DNA of 63,960 nt, counting the filler, from Lenisia limosa (Eukaryota; Protista; Breviatea): assembly GCA_001655205.1 (NCBI GenBank). It is 12 parts of 12 records of this genome, joined end to end, with 100 filler letters (N's around TTAATTAATTAA, not from the genome) between each part and the next. Parts side by side here need not be neighbours in the genome. Positions count along the whole stretch, not along the records: positions 48,204 to 52,087 come from LPNZ01006646.1; positions 52,188 to 54,196 come from LPNZ01007479.1; positions 54,297 to 61,220 come from LPNZ01007835.1; positions 61,321 to 62,794 come from LPNZ01004997.1; 8 more parts are not named here. One strand, 5' to 3'. The notes under the pieces were generated by a model. The model worked only from the letters and a program-made list of their open reading frames with translations. It ran no database searches and was not told the DNA's origin. Of the stretch, positions 48,525 to 61,394 are shown in pieces. Each line of letters opens with the position of its first letter. Positions within the stretch are counted from its first letter, which is position 1. Position numbers and translations under genes: made by a program.

Positions 48525-51500
48525 TTTAGTTTCGGCCAAGCTGGTAACCAACTTGTCTCGTGTGCTGCCGATAAAAGCGTCATTTTCAGGAACATTTCCG
48601 TGACACCTGCCACGTGGGGGGTCTGGTCTGAAGTTGCTCCTCATAATCACAGCCAAAATGGATTTATTAATATTGTTTTTGTTTGACCTTTTGAAAGGTC
48701 TCCGGTATTAATATAGTAATATGTTGTTTATGAATTAAACTATTTCAATAAAAATAATGGGTTTTTTGAATATTGTTTCAAGAGATACCCTTTAATAACC
48801 AACACAGGTAAATATCCATATTCACGCAGCTAGCATTTAATTTTGGGGTTTTTTGTTATTCCCAAAACCACCCATGGGCTAATTCAAGCAGCAAAACCTC
48901 GACAGCCCCCCCTCAAGGCACGTGTAAATCCCTCTACAAGTTTGAACGTGGGGAGGGGAGGTTCTTGATATCCAAATAATGGTATAGCTATATACAGTAT
49001 GTATTTAATCGCTCCCCTCCTTCCGAGTACACCCGTATACAGTATACATTTAATCGCTCCCCTCCTTCCGAGTACACCCGTATACAGTATACATTTAATC
49101 GCTCTCCTCTTTCCGAGTACACCCGTATATACAGTATGCATTATCGCTCTCCTCTTTCCGAGGACACCCAAAAAGTAACAATAGTATATTTCGTTATCAG
49201 CTTTTTTTTTTTTGAGTTTTTTTTGGACAGCAGGGAAGCATCATGCTCATCATTATAGTGTCCCGCTACCACCAATCATGTTCTTCATTTGGGACTATGT
49301 ACGACCTTGCTCTCGATCCCACTCACAAATACGCCATAAGTGCTGGTGAGAGGGTGTGTTGCGCTGTTTAAATGAAGTTGATATTTATCATAATTTCTCA
49401 TTTTACACCCCCAGGACAAGATCGCAAATTGAACGTGTTCGCAATGGGAACTGGAAAAGTGAGGGGGGTCGAGGGGGTCGATTGTTGTAAAACAGTATTT
49501 CATATCAATAATAGTTTATAATGGAAAATCGTTCAAGGCTCATCCCGGTCACTGTATACTTGATCTGAAAATTTCATCCCCCCCCCCTCCAGGGTGTCCG
49601 GGCTTATCGGGTCGGAGAAGCTGGTAGCGGATCCGAGCCTTTGAGGGTCACTCTGGACCCTGGCGGAGTGTTTGCTATGACGTCCTCTGCTGATCGCTGT
49701 CTAAGGTGGGGGGGGGGGGGGTAANNNNNNNNNNNNNNNNNNNNNNNNNNNNNNNNNNNNNNNNNNNNNNNNNNNNNNNNNNNNNNNNNNNNNNNNNNNN
49801 NNNNNNNNNNNNNNNNNNNNNNNNNNNNNNNNNNNNNNNNNNNNNNNNNNNNNNNNNNNNNNNNNNNNNNNNNNNNNNNNNNNNNNNNNNNNNNNNNNNN
49901 NNNNNNNNNNNNNNNNNNNNNNNNNNNNNNNNNNNNNNNNNNNNNNNNNNNNNNNNNNNNNNNNNNNNNNNNNNNNNNNNNNNNNNNNNNNNNNNNNNNN
50001 NNNNNNNNNNNNNNNGGGGAGATGTCATAGACTCACCCCACAGACTCTACGACTTCTTTAGTGGACAGTGCTTAGCTAAAGTAGGCTGCATGGCTTGTCT
50101 TTCTTGGGCTTAATGGGCCTAAGCAAGAGAACAATATTTTATTCCTCCATCCATATGCACAATACCTTTACCACTTTTGTATGCACGGACTGTGGTATTG
50201 ACCGATTGTCTGAAGGGAATCGGACTGTCGGCTAAAAATTCTGTAATCATGTCTTAGGACCCTATATACAGTGACCGCGATAAGTCTTGCTTGGTCGATT
50301 TGCTTTGTAATTTCCTAAGGAAAATCGGTCAAGACTTATCTCGGTCATTGTATATAACTTGTTTTACAAATATATTGTCACATAATATTTTATCATAGAT
50401 GTATGTATGTAATATATAATAACTCCTAGGTGGGCGGTCATGGCGACGTCGTAACTTCGCTGCAATTCACGCATGACGCGCGGCGCCTGGTTTCATCATG
50501 CTCCGACGGGACCATCTTCATCTGGCGGCTCTGTCCCGAGGTTCAGCATCAGGCCCAGACCAGAATCAAGGAACTCCGGGGTAAGGCTACGTTGTGTTTG
50601 TTTCTCTAATAACGCCAAAATAAGAAAACATCAATTATTTGACCTTATTGGGCAAGGTTGAATAAACTTACCTTATTAGGGAGGCCTGTAATCACCCGGC
50701 CGATCGCTTCAGTCCCCCAGGAGGAACCCCGAGGTAAGATGGATTATGGAAACTGAATAAACGCGCTTCGTCCACGATACCTCAGTCGTATTTATTTTGT
50801 TTCTTTGTTTTCCATTTCTGCATAATATGCAAACTCAATTCACCGATGGCTATCGAGAATGAGTCATCAGAATTGAATGATTATGAAGAAAAAATAGCCT
50901 TGATAATTATTAACAAATCACTTAACTCAAGCCCGATATGCCTTTACTTCAACCTCTTCTTTTCAATTGAAATGATGTTATCCCCTCGAGCCTTTTATCA
51001 CTTATTTCTTGACTCATCAAATCCATTTTATCTCAATTCCCTCCCTCCCCTCGTGATGGGATGCGATGCAGCACTGGGCTTTGTTTGTTGTGTTGTTATC
51101 AACCCTCGTGTGTTGTCAGCTTGTCAGCCAACAGAGTTGATTTTGAAATTTTTTCATAATTTTTTTTCGATTTGACTCCCTCAGGCCCTGGCCTCTCCGC
51201 ACGCGACCTTCTCAAGGGACAAGCTATTCAACTCAATGTGGGGGGGGGGGTTGCATATTCATGAAATTGATGTGAAGCCAGCTTTATCTCTATGGCTTCA
51301 CATCAGTTACAAAAAGACTGAATCCGAATCCTCGTTGTAATAAATACATGTACATATATAATACATATACTACAAGGATTAAGATTTTTCACACTTTTGA
51401 AACCAGATTGAAGCTTTATTTACAGTAACATATTCCCTTTACCCCAGGCAAAGCCGTCCACAACCTCTTCAACTCCCCCAAACCCCCCGTCCACTCCCCA

Positions 51501-51920
51501 TGATAAAATGCTCGAGTCTATGACCGAAATGCTGGTGGAGTCTATTGGTGGGTGTAATGGTGGTGTTCATATCATTGAATGATTGTTTTCCACCTCTCGT
51601 TATAAGAGCGATACTCCAAAAGAGTGAATTCTTGATAAATGATAAATATTTTTTCAGTCTAATGGAAACAAAAGTGAAGCCCTAATCTCCACTTTGCTAC
51701 TATTTTTCAAACCTTATATTGTAATACATTATGGCTACAGGAGCCCCCAAAGAGAAAAGAGTTAAAGTTGAAAATTATGACTTAGCACATTTTTGTACTT
51801 ATCTCCATGACCAACTAGTATCATTCAATCCGCTAACGCCACTATAGAGAATGAAGAACCAACTGAAGAGGAACTGTTCCATTTCCGCCAGTCCATGCTC
51901 CCTGATTGGGCTCGTGAAAG
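48525..51920 (+). CDS. WDR62: WDR62/MAPKBP1-family WD40 protein, internal part
   Basis: LVSCAADKSVIFR; TMYDLALDPTHKYAISA|GQDRKLNVF; LRVTLDPGGVFAMTSSADRCLR|LYDFFSGQCLAK|VGGHGDVVTSLQFTHDARRLVSSCSDGTIFIWRL. Confidence 0.9.
48988..49168. repeat. Intronic minisatellite, ~45-bp unit x4
   Basis: tatacagtatacatttaatcgctcccctccttccgagtacacccg repeated. Confidence 0.93.
50269..50350. mobile_element. Family B Tc1/mariner-type MITE (~80 bp, TIR CAGTGACCGGGATAAGTCTTGACCGA, TA TSD)
   Basis: TA|CAGTGACC...GGTCATTG|TA. Full copies at 59911-59990 and 61067-61143; partial at 38315, 39133-39172, 42147-42205, 49523-49554, 55757-55788. Confidence 0.88.
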
Positions 51921-52643
51921 TCCTGGTTCGCTCCACCCACTTTATCCTTTATTTGTAAATATTGACAATTGCAAATTGCCCCAATTTGCTCCACCCTCAT
52001 TGTTCATTTTAAAACAGTTTTATAATAAATTTGGTAACGGATATTCTTTGCTCGTTTTGCTCCGTATGTATTTGAGTGATGGGATGCNNNNNNNNNNNNN
52101 NNNNNNNNNNNNNNNNNNNNNNNNNNNNNNNTTAATTAATTAANNNNNNNNNNNNNNNNNNNNNNNNNNNNNNNNNNNNNNNNNNNNGGTGTGTGGGTTT
52201 GTTACGTATATTTTCCATGTTTACGACGGGATGCGGTGCTGCAGAAGTGTTGTTATCTGCCAACTGCCAAGTGGCTTGATTTAGGCCTTTTTTTTGTTTC
52301 ATTCATTTTCCAATTTTAGCCCAGCCATCCAGGTTCTTTTTGTTTTTTGACACAAATTTTCCAATTATCTTCACCCCACAGCTTAACAAGGCGACTTGGA
52401 AGGAGTGGGCNNNNNNNNNNNNNNNNNNNNNNNNNNNNNNNNNNNNNNNNNNNNNNNNNNNNNNNNNNNNNNNNNNNNNNNNNNNNNNNNNNNNNNNNNN
52501 NNNNNNNNNNNNNNNNNNNNNNNNNNNNNNNNNNNNNNNNNNNNNNNNNNNNNNNNNNNNNNNNNNNNNNNNNNNNNTGAATGGGGTGTGTAAATGGAAG
52601 AAATACAGTCTCTGTGGATGGGATTATCCCCCCACCCCCACAG

Positions 52644-52757
52644 AACTTTGAATTCTTTGAAGAGCCCTTCTCTGAACCTGTAGAATCGAGGGGTGAAGTG
52701 AACGAGGAATTCGATGACGATTTCGACTACGTTGCCCCCGAACAATACCATTTCTAA
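52644..52757 (+). CDS. Terminal exon resembling an AGC kinase C-terminal tail
   Basis: ccacag|NFEFFEEPFSEPVESRGEVNEEFDDDFDYVAPEQYHF*; resembles a hydrophobic motif F..F.YV. Confidence 0.45.
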   Translation, partial: NFEFFEEPFSEPVESRGEVNEEFDDDFDYVAPEQYHF

Positions 52758-53810
52758 GTTTATAGTAGCGAGGTGTGTGACCATGGTTATAAGTGTTGTA
52801 GGGGAGTGTAATATATTGTGTATTTCCAATCAAAACGGACACTGACAATATGTAAACATATTTGTTCGTTGTAGCGATGGTGACTAGCCAGTCTGAGCTT
52901 TTACTCGCTTGTTCAGTTCCTCTTCGTCATTTGTCCTAAGGGCGGTGCTAAGGGCGGTGCTAAAAGACGAATTGAATTTCTAGGGCTCCGTGCAATTAGT
53001 TGAAAAATTAACTGCTTGGAGCCTTACGAATTACGGAGAACTCTCAATAAATAATAATATCAAATGAACAATTCAATATAGTAACTCAAATGAATCCTTG
53101 TTGTTCACATGTTTGAAGCATGTTTGTTTGTTACGTGCTTGTTATGTGCGTATTTGGGAACCCCATGAAGAGTCGTGAACAAATCGAAGTTACTTTGGAA
53201 TGTTGCCAAAACTACAAATGTTGATTTATACCAGTACATTGGGTTGAGGGGATGAAGTTCCCGGAACGCCACAGGGCTGCGACTTTTTTTATGAGTTCCC
53301 TTTTTTGCAGCTTTTTAGCGTTTGCCCCTTCAAACTTAAACCCTTTTACATGATCTTTTTCAGTTTTTTTTTGAGCCTTTTGGCGTCTAAAAATGGGGTG
53401 GTTAAAAACGTCTGTGGCAAATTATTTTTTCTTCACACTTTTTTTTTTTATAATTTTTTCTGATTGTTAATTGATCTTTATCCTCCATTTCGGGTGTAGT
53501 CGTTTTGCCTCGCTAGGAAAATACCTAGTTGAATCCCCAGGTATAATTTTCCTCATACAGAAATCAGAAATCCGTATTATTGGTTTGGTTTACGGATTTT
53601 GAACAGTTTGGCGTAAGTCGTCGTATTTTTTATACGACATGATATCGATGCAAAACAAAGCAGGCCAAAAGCAGGCCAGTCACTTCTGCAGCACCGCACG
53701 AAGGGGGGGGGGGGGGNNNNNNNNNNNNNNNNNNNNNNNNNNNNNNNNNNNNNNNNNNNNNNNNNNNNNNNNNNNNNNNNNNNCAAGATTAAATACAGTA
53801 GACAAGAAAG

Positions 53811-53939
53811 CTAAGAATGGGACTTTTGGTTTTCCCAGTAGGACAGGTTTTGAGAAAGTCTTCGGGTGAGTTCAGGACAACTAGCCCATTTGGCGTAGGT
53901 TCGAACCAGAGGCATGACAACGAATTTAATGAAGCCGAC
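53811..53939 (-). CDS. Terminal exon of a class I cyclic nucleotide phosphodiesterase
   Basis: ag|VGFIKFVVMPLVRTYAKWASCPELTRRLSQNLSYWENQKSHS*; matches the (Q)xGFI..IV.PL....N...W pattern. Confidence 0.75.
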   Translation of the reverse strand, partial: VGFIKFVVMPLVRTYAKWASCPELTRRLSQNLSYWENQKSHS

Positions 53940-54654
53940 CTGTTAAGTGAGCGGAGGGTACTGCGAAATCCCCGTTAAAAGATAGGAGATTAATAATTAG
54001 GGCTTTACTTCAGTCTGAAAAAGACTGGTAAAATATCGATAGTTTTCGAGGATTTATCGAAAAATTCAGTCCTTTTTCGAACCGAAGTGAAGCCCTATTT
54101 ATAAGCGATAGTAGATGGGTGGGGAAAGGGAAAGAGGTAATGATGAGGAAGTAAAATGAAGGAAATTTCGATGAAGAATATTGGTGTAATGGTACTNNNN
54201 NNNNNNNNNNNNNNNNNNNNNNNNNNNNNNNNNNNNNNNNTTAATTAATTAANNNNNNNNNNNNNNNNNNNNNNNNNNNNNNNNNNNNNNNNNNNNTTCA
54301 CCCAATCATTTGCCTTACAACTCTGTGCACACAGCTTTCTGCGTGCCTCCCCAGCAGACATTATGTTATGTTAAGTCATTCATTTTCACACGTTTTGATT
54401 GAACTATCACTATCTATATATGATCCACTCTGTGACAATTGCCCGACAAGACTCAATGGTACCCTGATACAACACGGAGCTTCACTTTCGGATCTTCAAA
54501 AGGCATTTAAACTATCGAATATTTATCGAGAATTTATCTAGGATTTATTGAGGATTTATCGAGGATTCAGTCTTTTCAGGAGCATAAACGACGTCCATAT
54601 TTTCATATCATATTATACATACATGTATATCACACCAAAAGCAAACCCACAGAC

Positions 54655-56800
54655 CTTCCTCCAGGTTTAAGGGGCTGAAAAGAGAGTTCAATTGTCAAGT
54701 GGTCAATGGTGATGTTCAAGCCTTCTATGATGCTTTCAACCTGCGAGAAATAACTCTAACTTCATTTGTAGATGGGTAGGGGGGGGGGTGAAAAGAGCAG
54801 GTATTTGGATTGGAGATATGTGAAGGACGTGAAACTGTATCCTGAAATGTAACTTGCCATTTTGAATGACTTTTTATATCTACTATGTGATCTATATTAA
54901 CAGATTATGCACGCCTCTTATCTAATCAGCCTCCCCCCCCCCCCACCAAAGAAACCAGGTGTTGAACTGTAAAAGAAAACTTCGGATAATGACTGAAAGG
55001 TTAGAAAATTGATACATATGATATACTAATAAAAATGGTACAATCATGTAATATATATAAAGAATAGTAAGAAAATTGACATCATTTGTTTTTCTAGATG
55101 AACTAGTTTGTTTTCCAAGACTTTATAACTCTTGCTTCCAAAAAAAAACTGTTCAAAAAAAGAACATAACTCAAGCAAATTGGAGTGGCAAAAGCTGTGT
55201 ATACAGAGGGCAAATGATTGCGAGGATGATTTCATATTTTGGTTCATTTTCACACGTGTGAACTTTCATTTTCCACGCAGTGATATGATACCTCATATCC
55301 ACTCGTATGATAATTGACCGGGAATTCTCAATGATACTCTGATACACTCGGGATAAACCCTCGTTTATCTTCGTTCATCATTTCGACTCGAAGGTCGGTC
55401 ATATGATCATATCACTAGTGGATATGGGTTACCATATTACACTATACTCAAAGATCTCTCAAGTGTGATTGTGAGGACAGCTTCGGTCAGATACAACCTT
55501 ATTGTATATTTCTCCTCTCTGTAAAAGAATCGGAAGAAGACGGTTGTCAGACGATTGTGAGTGGCCATACACAACCGCGCATTGACTTAAGATTTAGAAT
55601 CCCCCCCCCCCNNNNNNNNNNNNNNNNNNNNNNNNNNNNNNNNNNNNNNNNNNNNNNNNNNNNNNNNNNNNNNNNNNNNNNNNNNNNNNNNNNNNNNNNN
55701 NNNNNNNNNNNNNNNNNNNNNNNNNNNNNNNNNNNNNNNNNNNNNNNNNNNNNNNNTTTCCTTAGGTCAAGACTTATCCTAGTCACTGTAGAAATACCCC
55801 ACCTGTCTTCCAGAATAATCTCAGGCTCTTCCATGACGATGTGAACTTGCCCCACATTAACGTTCACGCTTTCGGACCGCAAGTGAAGAAGTGAGTACTG
55901 GGAGTGAGGTAAACATTCATAGGTGCTAAATCATGCATATGAATGGGTGTATTTCCATTGGCTTTCCTATCAAAAGTCATAATATGTGAGCTGAACAAAT
56001 CCAAATGAAAATGTGATATTTAAGGGGGAGTAAAATTGAAAAATTTGTGAAACAANNNNNNNNNNNNNNNNNNNNNNNNNNNNNNNNNNNNNNNNNNNNN
56101 NNNNNNNNNNNNNNNNNNNNNNNNNNNNNNNNNNNNNNNNNNNNNNNNNNNNNNNNNNNNNNNNNNNNNNNNNNNNNNNNNNNNNNNNNNNNNNNNNNNN
56201 NNNNNNNNNNNNNNNNNNNNNNNNNNNNNNNGGCAAGAATTTTGGAAACACATACAAAGAACCGGGGAAATATCGACAGTTTTCCAGGATTTTTCGATAA
56301 ATGCCGTCTGTTATTGGACCAAAGTGAAGCCTTATTCATACCTTGGTTTTGGTGGTAGAAATGGTGAACTTCTTGAGCTCTATGGATGGGATGTAATGCG
56401 CCACAAAAGGCTTAACCGCTTCCGTGTTAATTTCTGGGGGAGTAAAAAACAGTACTTGAATCGCGAAACAAAAGAGAGAAACAAACCGTCAGAAAACACA
56501 AAGAAACTTCTAGTTACAACCCGCAGGGAGGGGGGGGGGGCGGNNNNNNNNNNNNNNNNNNNNNNNNNNNNNNNNNNNNNNNNNNNNNNNNNNNNNNNNN
56601 NNNNNNNNNNNNNNNNNNNNNNNNNNNNNNNNNNNNNNNNNNNNNNNNNNNNNNNNNNNNNNNNNNNNNNNNNNNNNNNNNNNNNNNNNNNNNNNNNNNN
56701 NNNNNNNNNNNNTAAATCCGAGGGTCCCCAACCAGACCTATGTCATTGAGGTAGGCAGTACTCTGGAAGAAGTTCAACGTGAAGTTTGACGAATCCAATT
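54655..56800 (-). CDS. Chorein-N (VPS13-like, BLTP3/UHRF1BP1-like) lipid transfer protein, N-terminal exons
   Basis: KLDSSNFTLNFFQSTAYLNDI|EINTEAVKPF...TKTK|..YSLLHLRSESVNVNVGQVHIVMEEP; VESIIEGLNITIDHLTIEL. Confidence 0.6.
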
Positions 56801-56819
56801 TCTACAGATTGTTATACAT

Positions 56820-57085
56820 ATAGAAGTAGAGAGATGAGAAACAAAACAAGGTTGTCACATCGAAGTAGAGAGATGAGAAACAAAACAGGGTTGTTTGATA
56901 GAAGTGGAGAGATGAGATACAAAACAAGGTTGTTACATCGAAGTAGAGATGTGATACAAAACATGGTTGTTATACAGAAGTGGAGAGATGAGAAACAAAA
57001 CAAGGTTGTTTTATCGAAGAGAATAGATGAGATACAGAACAAGGTTGTTATAGAGAGATGAAGAGATGAGATACAAAACAAGATG
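56820..57085. repeat. Minisatellite, ~39-bp unit x~7
   Basis: gaagtagagagatgagaaacaaaacaaggttgt... with diverged units. Confidence 0.92.
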
Positions 57086-58261
57086 GTATCTGCCACCATT
57101 CAGTTGATTATGGGCTTTTTGATTCATAAATTTTACCACTCGTTAATANNNNNNNNNNNNNNNNNNNNNNNNNNNNNNNNNNNNNNNNNNNNNNNNNNNN
57201 NNNNNNNNNNNNNNNNNNNNNNNNNNNNNNNNNNNNNNNNNNNNNNNNNNNNNNNNNNCAATGTATGACGTCATTCTTACTCCTGCCTAAACGATCAAAT
57301 CTCAATCGTTTGACCTACAACTCTGTGCACAGAGCTTTCTGGGTGCCTCCCCAAATATGGCCAATTATGACCCAACCCCACAACTAATAAGAGCATATGA
57401 CCGATCACATTTCGAGTCGAAATGATGAACGAAGATAACACGAGGGTTGCACAGATATTGAGAATTAGCTTTTGTGAATCGTGTCAGGACTTAATGCGGT
57501 CATTACCAAGACTTAGCACAGTCACAGTATAAAATAAGGTTGCATTTTTCCGAGACTGTCCACATAATAACGCTGTTACCCTTCCAGATTCAAGATCCTG
57601 ATTGAGATCCCCAAGACCCAACATACCTAATGGAAGGAGGCGCTATGCCTCCCTTCTTTCTTCCAGTACTTGTTTACGTAATTTGATTTGTAATAGAAAC
57701 AGCAGTAATGGAGTGGGGGCTTAATGAGGGGTTTGCTTGTTCAAGGCAATTGTATTCTTCTCATAACATTTCCTTTTTGCTCAATTATTCAATTTAAGAG
57801 CTTTTCCGTTTTTTTCATGTTTGTTTTTTTTTTTTGGGGGGGGGGGGGGNNNNNNNNNNNNNNNNNNNNNNNNNNNNNNNNNNNNNNNNNNNNNNNNNNN
57901 NNNNNNNNNNNNNNNNNNNNNNNNNNNNNNNNNNNNNNNNNNNNNNNNNNNNNNNNNNNNTTTCTTGCAATTTTGTTTTGAAACAGTAAAGATTGATTCT
58001 CCCATCTTCCCAACATCCTCTGGGCTGTCTTTATTGCTGTTTGACGAAGGAAACATTGGGTCCCATCTAGCAAAACAGCAAATAATATTTATTATTGTCT
58101 GTCTGTCTGGCCTACACATCAACGTTATGCAATCCTGTTATTATTGCAGAATTTGCAGAGGAAATAGACGGCAAAATTCGGGATTTTGGTTTTAAATATT
58201 TATACAAATCCTAGTCAATACATGAAACAGAAACAATAAGTGCGCTACACTTATATGCAAT

Positions 58262-59057
58262 TTAAAGAACCAAGCAACCACCCTTCTTCTTGGCCTTCTT
58301 GGTGTTCTGAGACGCACCATGGGTCTCGTTGTACTTGTTGATAGCGCGAACTGGAGGATATTACCCAAAATCTTATTATAATCAGCAAATCAACACTAAA
58401 CCTGTTTATAGAGGGGAGGAAGGGGAGAGAAAGTTCCAAGAAAATGTCCGAACATACCAAGGTTGTGGAAGATCTCGGTCACATTGACTTGGGTCTTGGC
58501 AGAAGACTCAAGGAAGCCGCAGTTGTTCCATGATGCAGCCATTTTGGTACCATCTTCAGCAGAAACAGCGCGCTCATCTTCCAAATCGCACTTGTTTCCG
58601 ACAAGAACAGTGGGGATCTATTCCAATAAGGAATCAAAACAGTGAACTTACGTCTGGGGTTTCCTTGGTACGGACAATCTGCTCACGGAGCTCGGTCAGA
58701 GCCTCGAAAGAGCGAACTGAGGTAATAGAATATACAAGAACAAAGCCTTGACCAGTCTTCATGTACTGATCGCGTAGGGCTGAGTATTCTTCCTATAAAA
58801 TTATTCAACCCATTATTTTGGAAAATAAACAAACCTGTCCAGCAGTATCCAGAATATCAAGCATGCAAGCAACTTGGTCAACCTCGACTTGCTTACGGTA
58901 TGAATCCTCAATTGTAGGATCGTACTAATGGCGTAAACTACGTTCAAATGTTCTAAAACCTCACCTTCTCAACGAAGTTACCCTGAATGAAACGGACAGT
59001 CAGAGCAGACTTGCCAACACCACCGGATCCGGCAACAACAATCTTGAAATCACTCAT
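58262..59057 (-). CDS. Ras-subfamily small GTPase (Ras/Rap-like), complete
   Basis: [11 protein letters not shown]; FVEK|[13 protein letters not shown]; DTAG|[18 protein letters not shown]; LVGNKCDL; ESSAK; CAAX CLVL-TAA. Confidence 0.96.
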
Positions 59058-59231
59058 TATAACAAAATAACTAAATTATTGGGGATTTACGTGAAACAAA
59101 AAATTCAACAAAAGAAAACTGGATGACCTCAGTTCAGTTCAGGTCCAAATTCCAATCGTATAATAGGACGTTCACTAAATTAATTCAGCCTTTTTAAAGC
59201 AGTATGTGCCAGAGGTAGTCGTTTACAGATC

Positions 59232-60789
59232 ATGAGAAGAACGTTTCGATGGCAGAAGAGAGGGAAAGGTGATTCGTCCTCAGACTCAGACTCTGAAGAC
59301 CGCCTCTCAGCCTTAGCCCAATGCGTTGTTGATATTCCAGAAGTAAAAAAAGTAGTTGTGCCGACAAAACCTTCCGAGAATCCGCCTCCCTTCTCAGATG
59401 AAGCCGATCCTGAACCACCTCTTGTCAACGCAGATGAAGTGTTTGGAGATGTAGATCTACCGACCCCAGTGTGGGGCGGAAAGTCAATTGAAGAATGCAA
59501 GAATATTGGAGCAACCGGCAATGCGCAGGCCAAAAGGAACCTTCCCTCCAAAAGACATCTTCTTGAGGTATATCATTGATATTTTTCACTATTTCGAGTA
59601 TTGTTATTACCCATTTCCCAGATTATTCATTGATTTCTTCTTAATAGTATCATAAAGTATATTTTTTATTTTCCTTATCATTATTTCCAGCTCCTAGCTT
59701 AAATCCCATCTCCCTTGATGATATCTTTTAAGAGAGATGAGAAATAAATAAGGTTGTATCTGGCCGAGCCGTCACACCATCACGCTTATAATTGATAAAT
59801 TCAATATTAACTCACCCATTCATATGCCTGATAACTCTGTGTACACAGCTTTTGCGTGTATTATATTCTTCAGTTTCTTTGGGCATGATGATAAAAGATT
59901 ACATATGATACAGTGATCAGTATAAGTTTGATTTTTTTTCCTTGGGAAATCAATCACATAGCAAATCGGTCAAGACTTTCCCGGTCACTGTATGTGACCC
60001 TTTGTGCCAGTCTCCATACCAGATACACAACCGGCAAAATCTCCGCCCAAATCTATTTAAAAATCCCGTATACTCTGGAGTTTAAATCTGGTTTAGTGAC
60101 CTGCTTCAAGAAGGAAATTATGTCTACATCTCATTCCTCAGAAAGCGTCAGGTGAAAACGAAGAAGATGACAAATACAGCATTTTCAACAGTGAAGGAAT
60201 GAAAGACGCTCTCTTTGTTCGACTTAAAGCCATTTTGGATGGGTCTTTCGATTTTGTCAAGTTGGAGGGGATTTTTGAGTGCAATCAATTGAGAATATTA
60301 ATTTAACAATTTGAAATGGAACAATTTTTTTTTTGTTTTGTTTTTCTTGTTTTGTTTTTCTTGTTTTGTTTTTAAAAAAAATACTGAGTGAAGCCCTACC
60401 TTTTTCATATTGCATTTCCATGTTATTATTATTTTGAATAATTATTTCAGTTTGGATTTAAATTGTCCCACTTCAAGACCATGATAAATTGTCCCACTTC
60501 AAGACCATGATAAATTGTCCCACTTCAAGATCATAATAAATTCTCAGTTAATTGCATTGACACTCCCAGGTTTTACTCAAAGTCTTCTCTTATTCTCAAA
60601 ACAGGTACCACAAATGCAAGAAAGTGGCTTGGGACGACCCCCATTACGCCCGACTCTTCTTCTCGAAATCAACCAAGAAGTTCCTCCGAAAACAGGTCAA
60701 GAGCCTTCTGGCTTCGGGGCAGATAAGAGATCCAAATAGGCCAACCACCATGAAAGGTTTGCGAGAAATAGTTCTGCGTGCAATTATTT
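59232..60789 (+). CDS. Multi-exon hypothetical protein (weak resemblance to CUSTOS/C12orf43 in two segments)
   Basis: Exon 59232-59567 (SSSDSDSEDRLSALAQCVVD); later SEGMKDALFVRLKAILDGSFDFVK and DPHYARLFFSKSTKKFLRKQVK. Joins are uncertain. Confidence 0.45.
60459..60540. repeat. Tandem repeat, 26-bp unit x3
   Basis: taaattgtcccacttcaagaccatga. Confidence 0.93.
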
Positions 60790-61394
60790 TGAGAAGAAAT
60801 AAAATGAGAAAATTTGAAATTAAAGTGTCTGAGATGGATATGTCCCACTTCGAATTTACATTAATTTTACAATTATATTGCACGTCTTAGTAATTAGTAT
60901 GCTGGGGAGGCACGCAGAAAGTTATGTGCAAATGGTACTTGTATTTATATTTCCAGCTGATAATAATATTACATTTGCTTGTGATCCAATCACCCCTCCC
61001 ACACGCACACACACACACACATACGCACACGCACGCATACACACATACACATACATGTAATACGTACATTAACCGGGATAAGTCTTGACCGTTTTTCTAT
61101 GTGATTCCCCAAGGAATATAGGTCAAGACTATCCCGGTCGCTGTATATTATCACACAAGTTGATCATAGGAACACTAATATCCGAAGGAGTTGGGAGGCA
61201 CGCACACCCCGCGCCGAAATNNNNNNNNNNNNNNNNNNNNNNNNNNNNNNNNNNNNNNNNNNNNTTAATTAATTAANNNNNNNNNNNNNNNNNNNNNNNN
61301 NNNNNNNNNNNNNNNNNNNNTATGTGGATGAGGTGACATAATTGAATATTTATCATATAAAACCCTCATCTACAGCATATAAAAGTCATATTAA

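Noticed and set aside
47359-57085. CRISPR-like arrays
   Set aside because: The repeats are head-to-tail with no unique spacers, the context is eukaryotic and no cas genes are present.
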